DNA from: Candidatus Gottesmanbacteria bacterium UBA6580
GTDB taxonomy: Bacteria > Patescibacteriota > Microgenomatia > UBA10105 > UBA927
Assembly: GCA_002433895.1 (NCBI GenBank)
Contig: DJJA01000003.1
Coordinates: 175,788 to 239,787, forward strand
Direction of reading: 5' to 3'
Length of the DNA stretch: 64,000 nt
This document shows positions 34,958-46,102 of this stretch, one piece after another; position 1 is the stretch's first letter, and the number at the start of each line of letters is the position of its first letter. The notes beneath the pieces were generated by a model, which did no database searches, was not told the origin of the DNA, and worked only from the letters and a program-made list of their open reading frames with translations. Both the position numbers and the translations under genes were made by a program.

Positions 34958-37423
34958 CGGTGTTGGCGTGGGGGTTTGTGTCGGTATAGTGGCGCATCTG
35001 CCGCCGGCTGGCTCTGTCCCGCTTATAAAATATTCTACTTTGCCGAAGTAGCACGGTAGCGATACGATCGTACCGGGTTTTGGATTTGTTTCATCCGGTT
35101 TTCCTTTGAGAATTTCAACCATAATATCGTGCCATATAGGAGCCGCGCCGGTAATTCCGGAGGTGAGGTATGGGTTCATCGGTGAGTTGTCGTTGTTTCC
35201 TACCCACACTACCGCGGCATACGACGGAGTATATCCCGCGGTCCAGTTATCGCGTTTGTCGTTGGTGGTACCTGTTTTTACTGAAACGGTGTAGCCAGGA
35301 ATAACGAGTGCAGAATTGAGACCGAATGCCTGACTCCTGGCAGTATTGTCTGCGAGGATGTGAGAGATAATCCAGGCGACTTCCGGTTTGACGGCTTCAA
35401 CGGATTTGCTTGGTACCTGATCTTCGAGTACTTTCCCCGTATAATCAGTGACTTGGAGAATTGGCCGAAGTTCCTGGCGTTTACCCATATTTGCAAGCGA
35501 CCCATACACGCTTGCCATTTCCAGCATGGTGACCTCTCCACCTCCCAACGTTAACGACAGTCCGTACCGTGATGGGTCTCTGCTCCATGAATTGATACCC
35601 ATGGCTTTTGCCTTATCCATCATTGCCGGAAGCCCTATGGCAGCAAGTGTTTTGACGGCGGGAATATTATAGGAATTTGCGAGCGCGTTCCGGAGTGGCA
35701 CGGGGCCGTGGAATTTGCCGTCATAGTTGACGGGCGCGTAGGGTTCGCTTCCGGTATTCTGATACACAATGGGAGCATCATTTATGATAGTCGCGGCACT
35801 CATGCCATTTTCCAGGGCCGCTGTATAGGTCACCACTTTTATAGATGAACCTGGTTGCCGTAATGCCGTTGTCACATTTACATTCCCATCCCTGGAGTCA
35901 TCAAAGTAATCCCGGCTACCGACCATAGCGAGTATGTCGCCGCTTCGGGGATTGGTGACAACCGCAGCCCCGTTTCCGACTTGGAGGCGGGCGAGGGAGT
36001 CCACATGTGTCTTGACGATTTCTTCGACTTTTTCCTGTAGCGTCAGATCAAGGGAAGTCACGACCCGTAATCCTCCCCGTTCCAAAAGCCGCGGACCGTA
36101 TTTTTTTTCGAGTAATGCTTTTATATACATGACGAAATGAGGTGCCCGTATGCCAACTCTTGGTTTTGCAAATTGGAGTGGGTACGCTATCGCCTGCTGT
36201 TTTTGTTCCGGGGTTATGTAGCCGTCGATTTCCATGCGTTCCAGCACTTCCCGTTGCCTGACAACTGCTTTTTCCGGGTGACTTCCAAATGGTGAATATT
36301 CGCTGGGAGCCGCAGGGAGGCCGGCAAGTAACGCTGCTTCTGCGAGTGTTAGCGAGGTAACTGGTTTATTAAAGTATGTCTGGCTGGCGGACTCGATACC
36401 CCACGCGGTGCCGCCGTATGGCACCTGATTTAAATACATTTCAAATATTTGATCTTTGGAAAATAACCATTCTGCCCAAAACGCGAGAATAATTTCTTTG
36501 GTTTTCCGTACGATGGTCACCTCGGGAGTGAGTAGGGCAGACTTGATGAGCTGCTGCGTGATGGTCGACCCTCCACCAAGAACTTCCCTATGTACTATCA
36601 AATTTGAAGTTGCCCGTAATATCCCACGGATAGAAAATCCCGGATGATGATAAAAGTCGTTGTCTTCTATGGCAAGCGTTGCTTGTTTTACGATAAGCGG
36701 AATGTCTTCGAGTTTTACCGGAGTTCTATTTTGGTCAACATAAATTTCATACAGAAGCTGCCCGTTTCTGTCCATGATTTTTGTACTTACCTCAAGATCC
36801 CGTTGGGTAAGTAATTGCGGGTTTGGTAATGATTGCAGAAAAAGCCATGCGTTGTACGGAATAAATATGAAAAGGAGTGTGAGTAGTACGCCGATAACAA
36901 ATGGTTTGATTTGGGAAAGCGGTGCCAGCTGGGATTGTTGGGGATCGCGGGATGCTTTGCGGGGTAACGGGGGAACGCGGATTGCCGGCAAACGGAACGC
37001 CAATGTTGGTATACGTATTTTGGGTAATGTGACGGGAGGGAGGCGTACCCGCGGCATCCTGAGCGTGGGCAAACGAACCGCGCGCAAGTTTTTCCCAAAT
37101 GATGAAGCTATTTTTTTAATTCTTACATCGAACCACGGGAAAAAAAGCTTCGCGGACTGTCTGATACGCTTGGGTCTCCCTGGTTTGTTTGTTTTTTGTT
37201 TTACCGCTGTTTTTTCATGGAACCAGCTTACAGATCCTTTATACGTTTCATAAAAGAGGACGCGGAGAGCAGTAAATAATTTTACCGGAAGAACAAAAGC
37301 CAAGCGGAACACAGACCGTAATGCGTTGCCGATAGAAATAAGTGAAAGGATAATAAAAAGTACTGCCTGTGTAATGGGGGAAAGGACGGGTTCTTTCGAT
37401 GGTGATTGTCTGCGGCGCGCCAT
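34955..37423 (-). CDS. Class A penicillin-binding protein (PBP1A; GT51 transglycosylase plus transpeptidase) with long basic N-terminal extension
   Basis: GT51 motifs ([30 protein letters not shown]), transpeptidase motifs (SxxK-like STIK... [12 protein letters not shown]). The N-terminus has a run of R-h-P pentapeptide-like repeats (RLPTLRMPRVRLPPVTLPKIRIPTLAFRLPAIRVPPLPRK). Confidence 0.85.
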   Translation of the reverse strand: MARRRQSPSKEPVLSPITQAVLFIILSLISIGNALRSVFRLAFVLPVKLFTALRVLFYETYKGSVSWFHEKTAVKQKTNKPGRPKRIRQSAKLFFPWFDVRIKKIASSFGKNLRAVRLPTLRMPRVRLPPVTLPKIRIPTLAFRLPAIRVPPLPRKASRDPQQSQLAPLSQIKPFVIGVLLTLLFIFIPYNAWLFLQSLPNPQLLTQRDLEVSTKIMDRNGQLLYEIYVDQNRTPVKLEDIPLIVKQATLAIEDNDFYHHPGFSIRGILRATSNLIVHREVLGGGSTITQQLIKSALLTPEVTIVRKTKEIILAFWAEWLFSKDQIFEMYLNQVPYGGTAWGIESASQTYFNKPVTSLTLAEAALLAGLPAAPSEYSPFGSHPEKAVVRQREVLERMEIDGYITPEQKQQAIAYPLQFAKPRVGIRAPHFVMYIKALLEKKYGPRLLERGGLRVVTSLDLTLQEKVEEIVKTHVDSLARLQVGNGAAVVTNPRSGDILAMVGSRDYFDDSRDGNVNVTTALRQPGSSIKVVTYTAALENGMSAATIINDAPIVYQNTGSEPYAPVNYDGKFHGPVPLRNALANSYNIPAVKTLAAIGLPAMMDKAKAMGINSWSRDPSRYGLSLTLGGGEVTMLEMASVYGSLANMGKRQELRPILQVTDYTGKVLEDQVPSKSVEAVKPEVAWIISHILADNTARSQAFGLNSALVIPGYTVSVKTGTTNDKRDNWTAGYTPSYAAVVWVGNNDNSPMNPYLTSGITGAAPIWHDIMVEILKGKPDETNPKPGTIVSLPCYFGKVEYFISGTEPAGGRCATIPTQTPTPTP

Positions 37424-37523
37424 AGCGCCATTTTTTATATCATGTCTATAGGCTCTACGACAAGAGGGGATTTGTTATTTTTTAAAATATACCGTGCCCG
37501 GAGTGAAAATGATGAGCGCGGTA

Positions 37524-39734
37524 TTATTTGACCAGCACCGCTTTTCCTTCGGGGTGCGCGCAGTCCAAACACCACCGTGTTATTCCGTCCCACGCGATTT
37601 CATGTTCCTGCATTTCTATATTATCTGTTTGACCCGGCGCTGCCAGATCGCCAGTCGCTTTGTCAATCGCGACCAATTGCCGTGAACTGGAGCTGTGGGC
37701 AGATGTGCCTTTTATGATGTATTCAAATCGGGTTTGGCAGCCGGCGGGTTGGCCTTCAGCGGGCTGACTCGGAGGGAGCTGTCCGGTGGTCGTGCATACC
37801 TGTGCACCGACTATACCGTCGGGCTGTTTTGGCCAAATGTCGGGTTTTCCTTCCAGCACCCGCCGCATAATTTTATTCCAGATGGGGGCGGCACCCGTGA
37901 CACCCGAGACGAGTGAATTATTCATGGGGGAATTGTCATTGTTTCCTACCCATGTGGCGACAAGATACTGCGGGGTATATCCGATCGTCCAGTTGTCCCG
38001 CAAGTCATTGGTGGTTCCGGTTTTTACCGACACTGCGTGCCCTGGTACCACCAGTGCGGAACTTGGCCCGAATGCTTCCATACGGGCATTGTTGTCAAGC
38101 AGTATGTGGGAAATAAGAAACGCGGTTTCCTGCGATACAACGCGTTCCCCGGTGAGCAACAATTGCGAAGGAATTTCTTTGCCTAAATTAGGGTCTTTGT
38201 ATTCTTCCAGCACTTTGTTATTTTTATCGACTACTTTGAGTATGGAAACTAAGTCGTGCCGTATGCCCGCGTTGGCAAATACCGAAAATGCTTCCGCCAT
38301 ATCCGTCATCCGTACCTCTCCGCCTCCCAAGGTAAGGGCTAATCCGTATTTACTGGGGTCCTGCAGTGTATCGAGCCCAAAAGCAGAGGCGGATGCCACC
38401 ATGTCTTTTACGGTATTGAGGTAAAGCATTTTGACTGCTGGTATGTTGAGTGAGTTGCCAAGCGCAAACCGTAGCTGTACTGGGCCCCGGAATTTACCAT
38501 CATAGTTTCTCGGGCAGTAGGTAGGTTGTCCCGGAACGCTCGTAAAACAAGTGGGTATATCCAAAAACATCGTGGCCGGTGTGACGATTTTATTTTCTAT
38601 ACCGATGGCATAATTAATCGGTTTAATCGATGAGCCTGGTTGCCGGAGCGCGGTCGTCACGTTAAATGATCCCGATGGCGTAGCAAAATAATCAACGGAT
38701 CCCACCATGGCGAGTATTTCGCCGGTGGATGGCTTGGTCACCAGTGCCGAGCCATTTCCTACCCGCATGTTTTTGAGTTTAGCGACTTCCGCAGCAACGG
38801 TAGCCTGCACATAATTTTGTAAATCGAGATCCAGGCTGGTAGTTACTTTAAGCCCGCCGCGCTCCACGAGTACTTCCCCGTATTTTTCTACGAGCTGTTC
38901 TTTGACGTACATGACAAAGTGCGGAGCCTGTATACCCGTTTCTTGTTTATACTCAATCGGCGTATTTGCCGCTTCCTGTTCCTGTTCGCGGGTGATATAG
39001 CCGTCCTCAGCCATGCGGCGCAATACTTCTTTTTGGCGTTGCTGTGCGAGTTCGGGGTGAGCTCCAAACGGTGAGTACAGTGTAGGAGCCTGCGGTAGTC
39101 CCGCAAGGATTGCCGCTTCAGCGAGTGTCACGTCTTTAATGGGTTTGCCAAAATATTTTTCCGCGGCGGTTTCAATGCCCCAGGCAGTGCCGCCATATGG
39201 CACGGTGTTTAAGTACATTTCTAGTATTTTGTCTTTTGAGTACAGTAATTCAACGGTCGGTGCTAACAAGAATTCTTTGAGTTTCCGGGTAATCGTGCGT
39301 TCCGGGGTGAGCAATGCTGATTTTACAAGCTGCTGGGTGATGGTAGAGCCGCCCTGAATTTCTTTGTTGAGTATGGACGCATACAACGCGCGCACCAGAC
39401 CACCGATCGGATTAATGCCGGAGTGCTGATAAAATGTTTTGTCTTCGATAGCGATCGTAGCGTCCCTTACCACTTTGGGAATGTCGGAAAGCGGTACGGG
39501 TGACCGGTTTTGTCCGACAAAAATATCAAAAAGCAAGACGCCCTTGCGGTCGTAGACCTTGGTCGCGAGCGGGACGTCATATCGTCCAAGTTTTGTTGGA
39601 GACGGAAGGTCCCGGAGTATGAGCCAATAAAATGCACCGATGAGTACCGCAGGGAACACCCAGAACAATAATTTGCGGCGCTTGGTCACCCACTGTTTTA
39701 TTTTTGAAAGCTTTTGTAGCCTAGGAAAGACCAT
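37524..39734 (-). CDS. Class A penicillin-binding protein (second PBP1A paralog)
   Basis: The same GT51 ([31 protein letters not shown]) and transpeptidase (SVKTGTTND) motifs. It is in tandem with the 822-aa paralog. Confidence 0.85.
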   Translation of the reverse strand: MVFPRLQKLSKIKQWVTKRRKLLFWVFPAVLIGAFYWLILRDLPSPTKLGRYDVPLATKVYDRKGVLLFDIFVGQNRSPVPLSDIPKVVRDATIAIEDKTFYQHSGINPIGGLVRALYASILNKEIQGGSTITQQLVKSALLTPERTITRKLKEFLLAPTVELLYSKDKILEMYLNTVPYGGTAWGIETAAEKYFGKPIKDVTLAEAAILAGLPQAPTLYSPFGAHPELAQQRQKEVLRRMAEDGYITREQEQEAANTPIEYKQETGIQAPHFVMYVKEQLVEKYGEVLVERGGLKVTTSLDLDLQNYVQATVAAEVAKLKNMRVGNGSALVTKPSTGEILAMVGSVDYFATPSGSFNVTTALRQPGSSIKPINYAIGIENKIVTPATMFLDIPTCFTSVPGQPTYCPRNYDGKFRGPVQLRFALGNSLNIPAVKMLYLNTVKDMVASASAFGLDTLQDPSKYGLALTLGGGEVRMTDMAEAFSVFANAGIRHDLVSILKVVDKNNKVLEEYKDPNLGKEIPSQLLLTGERVVSQETAFLISHILLDNNARMEAFGPSSALVVPGHAVSVKTGTTNDLRDNWTIGYTPQYLVATWVGNNDNSPMNNSLVSGVTGAAPIWNKIMRRVLEGKPDIWPKQPDGIVGAQVCTTTGQLPPSQPAEGQPAGCQTRFEYIIKGTSAHSSSSRQLVAIDKATGDLAAPGQTDNIEMQEHEIAWDGITRWCLDCAHPEGKAVLVK

Positions 39735-39772
39735 GCAGACATTATATAATAATATGGAAGGAGGTACTAACT

Positions 39773-40384
39773 ATGTTTACCCTCGGAGATTTACCTTACG
39801 CCTATAATGCCCTTGAGCCGTTTATCGATGAGCGCACGATGCAGATACACCATGATAAGCATCACGCGGCATACGTGAAAAATTTAAACGACGCGCTCGC
39901 AGGTCATGACGACCTCCTGGCGCTTCCTGTTGAAACTCTTATTGGTGATCTTACCCGGGTGCCGGAAGCGGTACGCACCAAAGTGCGGAATAATGGCGGA
40001 GGACACGCAAATCATACGATGTTTTGGTCAGTAATGGCTGCTCCCGCCGCAGGAAGCCAGAGCCCTTCAGGGAAACTAGCGGAAGCTATAGAAAAAACAT
40101 TTGGTGACCTCAGCACATTTCAGGAAAAATTTTCGCAGGCAGGTATTGGGCGGTTTGGAAGTGGTTGGGTGTGGCTGGTCGCTGACAAAGGCAGTCTGAC
40201 CATCATGGATACGCCAAATCAGGATAGTCCTCTCATGGATGGTCGCGTTCCCGTTTTAGGACTGGATGTATGGGAACACGCGTATTACCTGAAGTATCAA
40301 AATCTCCGCGCCGATTACATAAAAGCGTGGTGGAATGTGGTGAATTGGAAAGAGATTGAGCGGCGCTTCAACGCAGTGATCTAA
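39773..40384 (+). CDS. sodA: Fe/Mn superoxide dismutase
   Basis: [29 protein letters not shown] ... DVWEHAYYL. Confidence 0.9.
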   Translation: MFTLGDLPYAYNALEPFIDERTMQIHHDKHHAAYVKNLNDALAGHDDLLALPVETLIGDLTRVPEAVRTKVRNNGGGHANHTMFWSVMAAPAAGSQSPSGKLAEAIEKTFGDLSTFQEKFSQAGIGRFGSGWVWLVADKGSLTIMDTPNQDSPLMDGRVPVLGLDVWEHAYYLKYQNLRADYIKAWWNVVNWKEIERRFNAVI

Positions 40385-40392
40385 AATCCAGT

Positions 40393-41133
40393 ATGCAATT
40401 TCCTAATCCTTACGCACTCCGCAAGGAGGTAACCCCGCGTGAGCTCGTGGTGTTTGCCGCAGGTCAACGACAAGGCGACGAAAACGCGCAGGAAGACTAT
40501 TTCCTGAATTTTAATGATGAATGTTTCGCGATAGCCGACGGATTATCAGTGTTGCCGAACGGGTATGCCGCGGCAAAACTTGCCTGCGAGACCGCAATTT
40601 GGGGATATAAACATATCCGTCAGCATAAATATTATTGGCTGGATAAAAAATTATTTATGAAGCGGATTTTCCGCTCCACTAATCTTGCGGTGTGGCAGAA
40701 ACGCCGGGAACAGGGATTTGAAGCCGGGCTCGCGACAAATCTTTTGGTGTGTATGATTGGCGCAAAAACTTACTGGATCGGGTATGCCGGTGAAATGTGC
40801 GCCTGGCTACAAAGCGGGAGTAGTATACGGAAACTTACCCGTGATGTTTCTCCTTATGAGACTGAAAAAACGAACGCCCTCGGATTCCGCAGGTTAGGGC
40901 TGGTTCCCTTTTATATAACCGAACCGATGAAGGTGGGGGATGTGTTGCTGCTGACTACCGCAGGGTGTGGAAATTATCTCACACCATCAGATGTGCAGGT
41001 CGGTATGGGGCGTATGGGGAATACGACAGAGGAAGCCCGCGCAGCAGTTGATTCAGTACTCACCAGCGCCGCGACAAATGGTTCAGCCGCAAATGAAACG
41101 GCGATCATTATTAAACGTGTTGCTACATCATGA
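40393..41133 (+). CDS. PP2C/SpoIIE-like phosphatase-domain protein (tentative)
   Basis: FAIADGLS... and later acidic clusters resemble the PPM fold. Weak. Confidence 0.35.
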   Translation: MQFPNPYALRKEVTPRELVVFAAGQRQGDENAQEDYFLNFNDECFAIADGLSVLPNGYAAAKLACETAIWGYKHIRQHKYYWLDKKLFMKRIFRSTNLAVWQKRREQGFEAGLATNLLVCMIGAKTYWIGYAGEMCAWLQSGSSIRKLTRDVSPYETEKTNALGFRRLGLVPFYITEPMKVGDVLLLTTAGCGNYLTPSDVQVGMGRMGNTTEEARAAVDSVLTSAATNGSAANETAIIIKRVATS

Positions 41134-41154
41134 GGTACTCTTTATACTGGGTGT

Positions 41155-42639
41155 ATGCCCGCTGAATTTTTTGCTGACATTAGTGATCAACAAACCCCGC
41201 CGCACTATTTTTACTTTGACGGCAACACGTGGAAACCAAGCACAAGCGGTACTACGGTAGAGGTAATTTCGCCGATTGACGGGAGTGTCGTCGGTACGAT
41301 TCCGGTGCTTTCCACAACAGAGATGGACGCAGTCCTTGCGAGCGCCGCCGCGGCACAGACCGCTTGGGAGGCGACGCCCATGAATAAACGCGTGGGGATG
41401 GTGCATCTTGCCGCGGATTGGATCCGGCATTTTCAGGATTATCTTATCGCACTTCTTATCCGCGAGGTTGGCAAATCAAAAGATGAAGCAAAAGGTGAAA
41501 TAGCACGGACGGCTGATCTTATTGATTATTTTGCTGACGAAGTGCAATCTATGCGGGGTGAAACCCTCGACAGTGATAATTTTCCCGGATTTGAAAAAGG
41601 AAGAATTGCCATGATCGAACGTGTCGCGCACGGTACGGTACTTGCTATCGCCCCGTTCAATTACCCGGTGAATTTAACCGCGAGTAAGATTGCCCCCGCG
41701 TTGCTTATGGGAAATAGTGTCGTGGTGAAGCCACCGACACAGGGCGGAATATCCGCATTACATCTTGTGCGTATATTTGAAAAATCAGGAGTACCGCCCG
41801 GAGTTATCAGCGCGGTGACCGGCACGGGGGAGGTTGTCGGAGAACACCTGGTGCCCCACCCGATGGTTTCTATGGTGGCATTTACCGGAAATTCCGATAC
41901 CGGGGTCGCGATAGCAGGGAAAGCAGCGATGAAACCGTTACTATTTGAATGCGGCGGTAATAATCCCGTGGTCGTGATGCCGGATGCGGATATGAATGTG
42001 GCGGCACGGGAGATTATAAAAGGCGCGTTTGCTTACAGCGGTCAGCGATGTACGGGGATCAAATATGTGTTGACCACTCCCGCGATACGGGAGCAACTGG
42101 TTTCGCTCGTATTAAAAATAATGCCGGAGATGGTCAAGATGGGCGACCCGCGGAGTTCGGAAACAAAATTGGTCGGTCCGGTCATTTCTGAGTCGGCAGC
42201 AATAAAAATTGAACAGGCGATACAGACCTCGGTCAAAAACGGTGCGAAATGTGTGATAGGTGGAAAAAGAGATAAAGCGATGATAGAGCCAACGGTGCTT
42301 ACCAATGTCATTCCCGCAATGCCGATAATTGCGAAAGAAACGTTCGGACCGGTGGTATCGTTTGTTGATGTGCAGTCGTTTGATGAGGCGGTTGCCATCA
42401 TTAACCGATCGACCTACGGGTTGCAGGCGAGTGTGTTTACGAAAGACGAAGGATCAGGGTTGGTATTTGCCAAAAAGCTTAATGTCGGTTCAGTGCAGAT
42501 AAACGGTAGTCCCCAGCGCGGGCCTGACCATTTTCCATTTTTGGGGGTGAAACGGTCTGGAGTTGGCGTGCAGGGGGTGCGGTATAGCCTGGAGGCGATG
42601 AGCAGACTTCGTCCTGTTGTCCTCAATAAACCTCAATAA
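41155..42639 (+). CDS. Aldehyde dehydrogenase family protein (GapN-like NAD(P)-dependent)
   Basis: Catalytic Cys region FAYSGQRCTGIKYV, Glu region FECGGNNPVVVMPDAD, Rossmann motif GNSVVVKPP. Confidence 0.85.
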   Translation: MPAEFFADISDQQTPPHYFYFDGNTWKPSTSGTTVEVISPIDGSVVGTIPVLSTTEMDAVLASAAAAQTAWEATPMNKRVGMVHLAADWIRHFQDYLIALLIREVGKSKDEAKGEIARTADLIDYFADEVQSMRGETLDSDNFPGFEKGRIAMIERVAHGTVLAIAPFNYPVNLTASKIAPALLMGNSVVVKPPTQGGISALHLVRIFEKSGVPPGVISAVTGTGEVVGEHLVPHPMVSMVAFTGNSDTGVAIAGKAAMKPLLFECGGNNPVVVMPDADMNVAAREIIKGAFAYSGQRCTGIKYVLTTPAIREQLVSLVLKIMPEMVKMGDPRSSETKLVGPVISESAAIKIEQAIQTSVKNGAKCVIGGKRDKAMIEPTVLTNVIPAMPIIAKETFGPVVSFVDVQSFDEAVAIINRSTYGLQASVFTKDEGSGLVFAKKLNVGSVQINGSPQRGPDHFPFLGVKRSGVGVQGVRYSLEAMSRLRPVVLNKPQ

Positions 42640-42703
42640 TATTTATTGACACCACACCGGAAACCTTGTTTACTGGATAAAGGAGTAAAGGAGAAATTTT
42701 TGT

Positions 42704-44140
42704 ATGGCAAAAAAACCATCTGCAGCAAGGCTGAATTTATTATCCGTTGTTTCATTTGTTACGCTCCTTTTGATATTAGTTTCTGTGTTTGTGTTGAGTG
42801 GTAGTTTTTCTGACATAGTTACTACCATTGCGAAATCGAAAGCGTCGCGGGCAAACCCGAAGATAACGGAATCCTTCGCCGACGCGTTTAAAGATGGGGT
42901 GATCAACGAAGATAAATGGATAATCTCCAAAACAGAAGGTGCAAATATCACAGAAACGACCGCTGACAATCTACGGTTTGCGGTAGGCGATGGCAATACC
43001 GGCGGGAAAGTAAAGGCTGGCACATTGATACTGAAAGAGCTACTGAAAAATAACGGGGATTTCCGGGCAACTGCCGTGGTGTATAAGCCGGTGGTGACCG
43101 GAGAGGGGACGGGTATTACGGCTCTCCGGTTTTCGTCAAAGGGAACAGACGATGATGAAGCCGCAGTGGTACGATGGCAGGTCAGCGGCACCTCGAGTAA
43201 GGTTGTCTTTGTAGTAAACGGTGCAGATGGCAATCGCATGGAAACACAGGCTGTTGATATACAAAGTAATATTGCGATTTTGCGTTTGGATCGTATAAAC
43301 AAAAAATACCGCGCGTTTTATAAGGTCGGCCGGGATACGTCAGCCGATACAAATTGGATACCGTTAGGCGCTGAAGCAGACGCATCGCTTGGTAATGAAG
43401 GACATATATCGATAACTACCCATAACGCCGGAGTAAGCAATAAGTACCCGAAAGTTATCGGGCGGGTGGATCAGTTTAATTTCGCGTGGGAAGGTGATCC
43501 TGCAACAAAAACAGGATTTTCCGATGCTTTTGCAAATGGCGCGTTGGGTAAAAACTGGAAAATAGTTTCGAGTCAGGGTGCTCAAGTGTACGAAAACGAA
43601 AACGATAACTTGATTATGTCGCTCACATCGGGAGGGCTAAATGGTAAGCCCCGGTCTGCCCGTATCGTGCGGACTGTTCCCGTTATACCGGAACATAAAG
43701 ACTTTGTCGTTAATACGACATTGTATAAGCCGACCGTCGTGGGCGCAGGGCAGGGATTGTCAGGATTAGGTTTCGTTTCGACCGGAAATGTAGATGATGA
43801 GGCCGCGATGGTGAGATGGGTCGTATCGGGTAACACGATGAGTAAATTGGTATTTGTTGCCCGTGCCCCAGACGGGACGACTGCAGAAATCTCCAGTGTG
43901 CCGCTTGATGTATCGGTAAAGCGGATAACGCTTCATCTCGCGAGAACGGGAGATAAATACGCAGCTTTTTATAGGACAGGGGACAGTGACACCAACTTTA
44001 TCCCGATTGGGCATGAAGTAAGCAGTAATTTTGGCGCTGCAGGGCATGTAATGCTTATGGTCAATAATATCGGGGCAAACGGAGCGTATCCCCGTGTGGT
44101 TGGGCGGTTTGACGGGGTGACAGGAAGTGTGAGTAAGTAG
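42704..44140 (+). CDS. Secreted protein with two tandem homologous roughly 200-aa domains
   Basis: Internal repeat: VVYKPVVTGEGTGITALRFSSKGTDDDEAAVVRWQVSGTSSKVVFVVNG... versus TLYKPTVVGAGQGLSGLGFVSTGNVDDEAAMVRWVVSGNTMSKLVFVARA... N-terminal TM/signal. Confidence 0.45.
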   Translation: MAKKPSAARLNLLSVVSFVTLLLILVSVFVLSGSFSDIVTTIAKSKASRANPKITESFADAFKDGVINEDKWIISKTEGANITETTADNLRFAVGDGNTGGKVKAGTLILKELLKNNGDFRATAVVYKPVVTGEGTGITALRFSSKGTDDDEAAVVRWQVSGTSSKVVFVVNGADGNRMETQAVDIQSNIAILRLDRINKKYRAFYKVGRDTSADTNWIPLGAEADASLGNEGHISITTHNAGVSNKYPKVIGRVDQFNFAWEGDPATKTGFSDAFANGALGKNWKIVSSQGAQVYENENDNLIMSLTSGGLNGKPRSARIVRTVPVIPEHKDFVVNTTLYKPTVVGAGQGLSGLGFVSTGNVDDEAAMVRWVVSGNTMSKLVFVARAPDGTTAEISSVPLDVSVKRITLHLARTGDKYAAFYRTGDSDTNFIPIGHEVSSNFGAAGHVMLMVNNIGANGAYPRVVGRFDGVTGSVSK

Positions 44141-44161
44141 GAGAGCAATATAACTCCCGTA

Positions 44162-44743
44162 TTAGGTGGCGAAATGGCGGCGGACAAACGCTATCTGTTC
44201 ATCTGTATAACCCAATCCGCGTAGAAACGATTGTATATCTTTTTTCGTGGCGCTCTCTTTTTTCATTTTGTTGCTAAATGTCGTAATCCACTCGGTCACC
44301 TCAAACGGCTGCAGTATCCAAAGATCTGTTTGTTTCGCGTAATAATCCGGGCGGATCGCTGAGTGGGGCTTATAAAACAATGTTGCGGTGGTGATACTTT
44401 GCGGGCGGAAACGCCGCAAATAACTGGTCGCCCGTTTGAGGGTGGCTCCGGAGTCCGCGATGTCGTCAACCAGCAGCACCCGTTTCCCGCCGATGCGCGA
44501 GGAGAGGCCCTCGGTAATTTTTACTTCCCCCTGTTTTTTGATATCCGTATAACTTTGGATAGTGATAGAGCAGATGGGGATACGTAAAAAATCAGAGAGC
44601 AGGTGGCCAAAAGTAAGACCGCCGCGCCCTATGGCGATAATAGTGGCAAATGGCGCTTCGTGGGAGAGGATTTGATCAGCAATCGATTGGGTTAGTGCCT
44701 GATATTCCTGCCAGGTAACTGATAAATATTGGTGATCGGTCAT
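44162..44743 (-). CDS. Phosphoribosyltransferase (purine PRTase-like)
   Basis: PRPP-binding motif KRVLLVDDIADSGATL. Confidence 0.7.
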   Translation of the reverse strand: MTDHQYLSVTWQEYQALTQSIADQILSHEAPFATIIAIGRGGLTFGHLLSDFLRIPICSITIQSYTDIKKQGEVKITEGLSSRIGGKRVLLVDDIADSGATLKRATSYLRRFRPQSITTATLFYKPHSAIRPDYYAKQTDLWILQPFEVTEWITTFSNKMKKESATKKDIQSFLRGLGYTDEQIAFVRRHFAT

Positions 44744-44821
44744 TACATAGTAGTACGGGACGTAGAGGATTTTGTCAATTGTTTCACTTGACTAACAAGG
44801 GTGTAAATCTATAATAGCTGT

Positions 44822-45433
44822 ATGGGTGAGAGCAAATCGACGCCGCGCTTAAATTATTCCAGTGTCGCAATTTCAGGGCGGCCTGGAGCAGGGAGAAGTA
44901 CGCTGCTTAAAAATCTCCGGCCACAACTCGAACCTTTTGGATGGGAGTTTTTTTCAGGAGGGGAGTGGAGCCGATCAATTTCAATAAAACAGGGAAAGCA
45001 TGATCCGAATGACCCCAAGCATCATTTGGCTACCGATTACGGCGACGATGTTGATTATCAGATCGATCAGGCACTCCGGGACAAAATCGCCAAGCCGGAA
45101 ACCCACATGGCGGTCGAAAGTTGGATAGCCGGGTGGAACGCGCGCGGTTTTAAACATGTACTTAAAGTGCTCCTTATGTGTGATGATTCGCTGCGTATTG
45201 ACCGTATTGTCAACCGGGATAACGCGACGGTCGAAGAAGCAAAAGAGCACCTGCGGCAACGGGAAGAAGCAAATATCGGCAAATGGAAGCGGCTGTACGG
45301 AGTGGATGATTTTTGGGATCCCAAATATTATGACCTTGTCATCAATACCTATTCGCACGGACCAGGTCAAACGCTTGAACTTGTGCTTCAAGCGCTCGGG
45401 TATTATAAGGTAAACGGCCAACCCAAGGCATAA
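44822..45433 (+). CDS. P-loop NTPase, cytidylate-kinase-like
   Basis: Walker A ISGRPGAGRSTL. Small kinase-like size. Confidence 0.5.
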   Translation: MGESKSTPRLNYSSVAISGRPGAGRSTLLKNLRPQLEPFGWEFFSGGEWSRSISIKQGKHDPNDPKHHLATDYGDDVDYQIDQALRDKIAKPETHMAVESWIAGWNARGFKHVLKVLLMCDDSLRIDRIVNRDNATVEEAKEHLRQREEANIGKWKRLYGVDDFWDPKYYDLVINTYSHGPGQTLELVLQALGYYKVNGQPKA

Positions 45434-45515
45434 GGTACGAGAGTATATTTTGTATCCGAAGTAATTTGTTTAGATCGATAATTATTGATCTTGCCTGCTA
45501 TCAATTTTTCTTTAT

Positions 45516-46091
45516 ATGATCCCCAATCAACAACAAATCCAGGAGCTTTGGGATACACACAATCTTCCGCCAGAAAAACGGGTACATTGTGCCAGGGTCG
45601 CACAGCTTGCAGTATGGTTAGCCAAAAAATATCAAGAATCGCGTCCGGAAACACGCATAGACATATCCCTTCTTGAAGTGGCCGCGTTGCTCCACGACAT
45701 TGACAAAAAAGCCGTTAAAAAAGAGGGCGAGCATCATCCTGATGCTGGGGTACGCATCCTTACTGATGCGGGTATGCAGGAGGTAGCGGATATAGTCAGA
45801 ACCCATCCTCTCCATGCCATACTTGATCAAAATATTGCACCCCGGTCAATTGAGGAAAAACTATTATATCTGTCAGACAAGATGGTGAAATATGAAATTA
45901 TCACGGTTGATGCGCGTTTTGATCTGTGGCGAAGTGAGGATTTGCCGCCCCAGGCCAGGGTAACGCTTGAAGCAGCATACCCAAGGGTGAAAGCATTGGA
46001 GCAGGAGATATTTACCACGATACAAAGGGAGCCACATCAGGCGGGTATGCTTGCCAACGGTGAGGAAACGAGTACAATGAAGCTAACCTAA
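45516..46091 (+). CDS. HD-domain phosphohydrolase
   Basis: H...HD motif (LLHDIDK) plus a downstream D. Confidence 0.7.
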   Translation: MIPNQQQIQELWDTHNLPPEKRVHCARVAQLAVWLAKKYQESRPETRIDISLLEVAALLHDIDKKAVKKEGEHHPDAGVRILTDAGMQEVADIVRTHPLHAILDQNIAPRSIEEKLLYLSDKMVKYEIITVDARFDLWRSEDLPPQARVTLEAAYPRVKALEQEIFTTIQREPHQAGMLANGEETSTMKLT

Positions 46092-46102
46092 AGGAGGGTA
46101 GT

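Noticed and set aside
40393-41133. Confident PP2C phosphatase call
   Set aside because: Only the weak FAIADG-like motif I is present. The metal-binding Asp motifs are not clearly identifiable by eye, so it is kept at low confidence.
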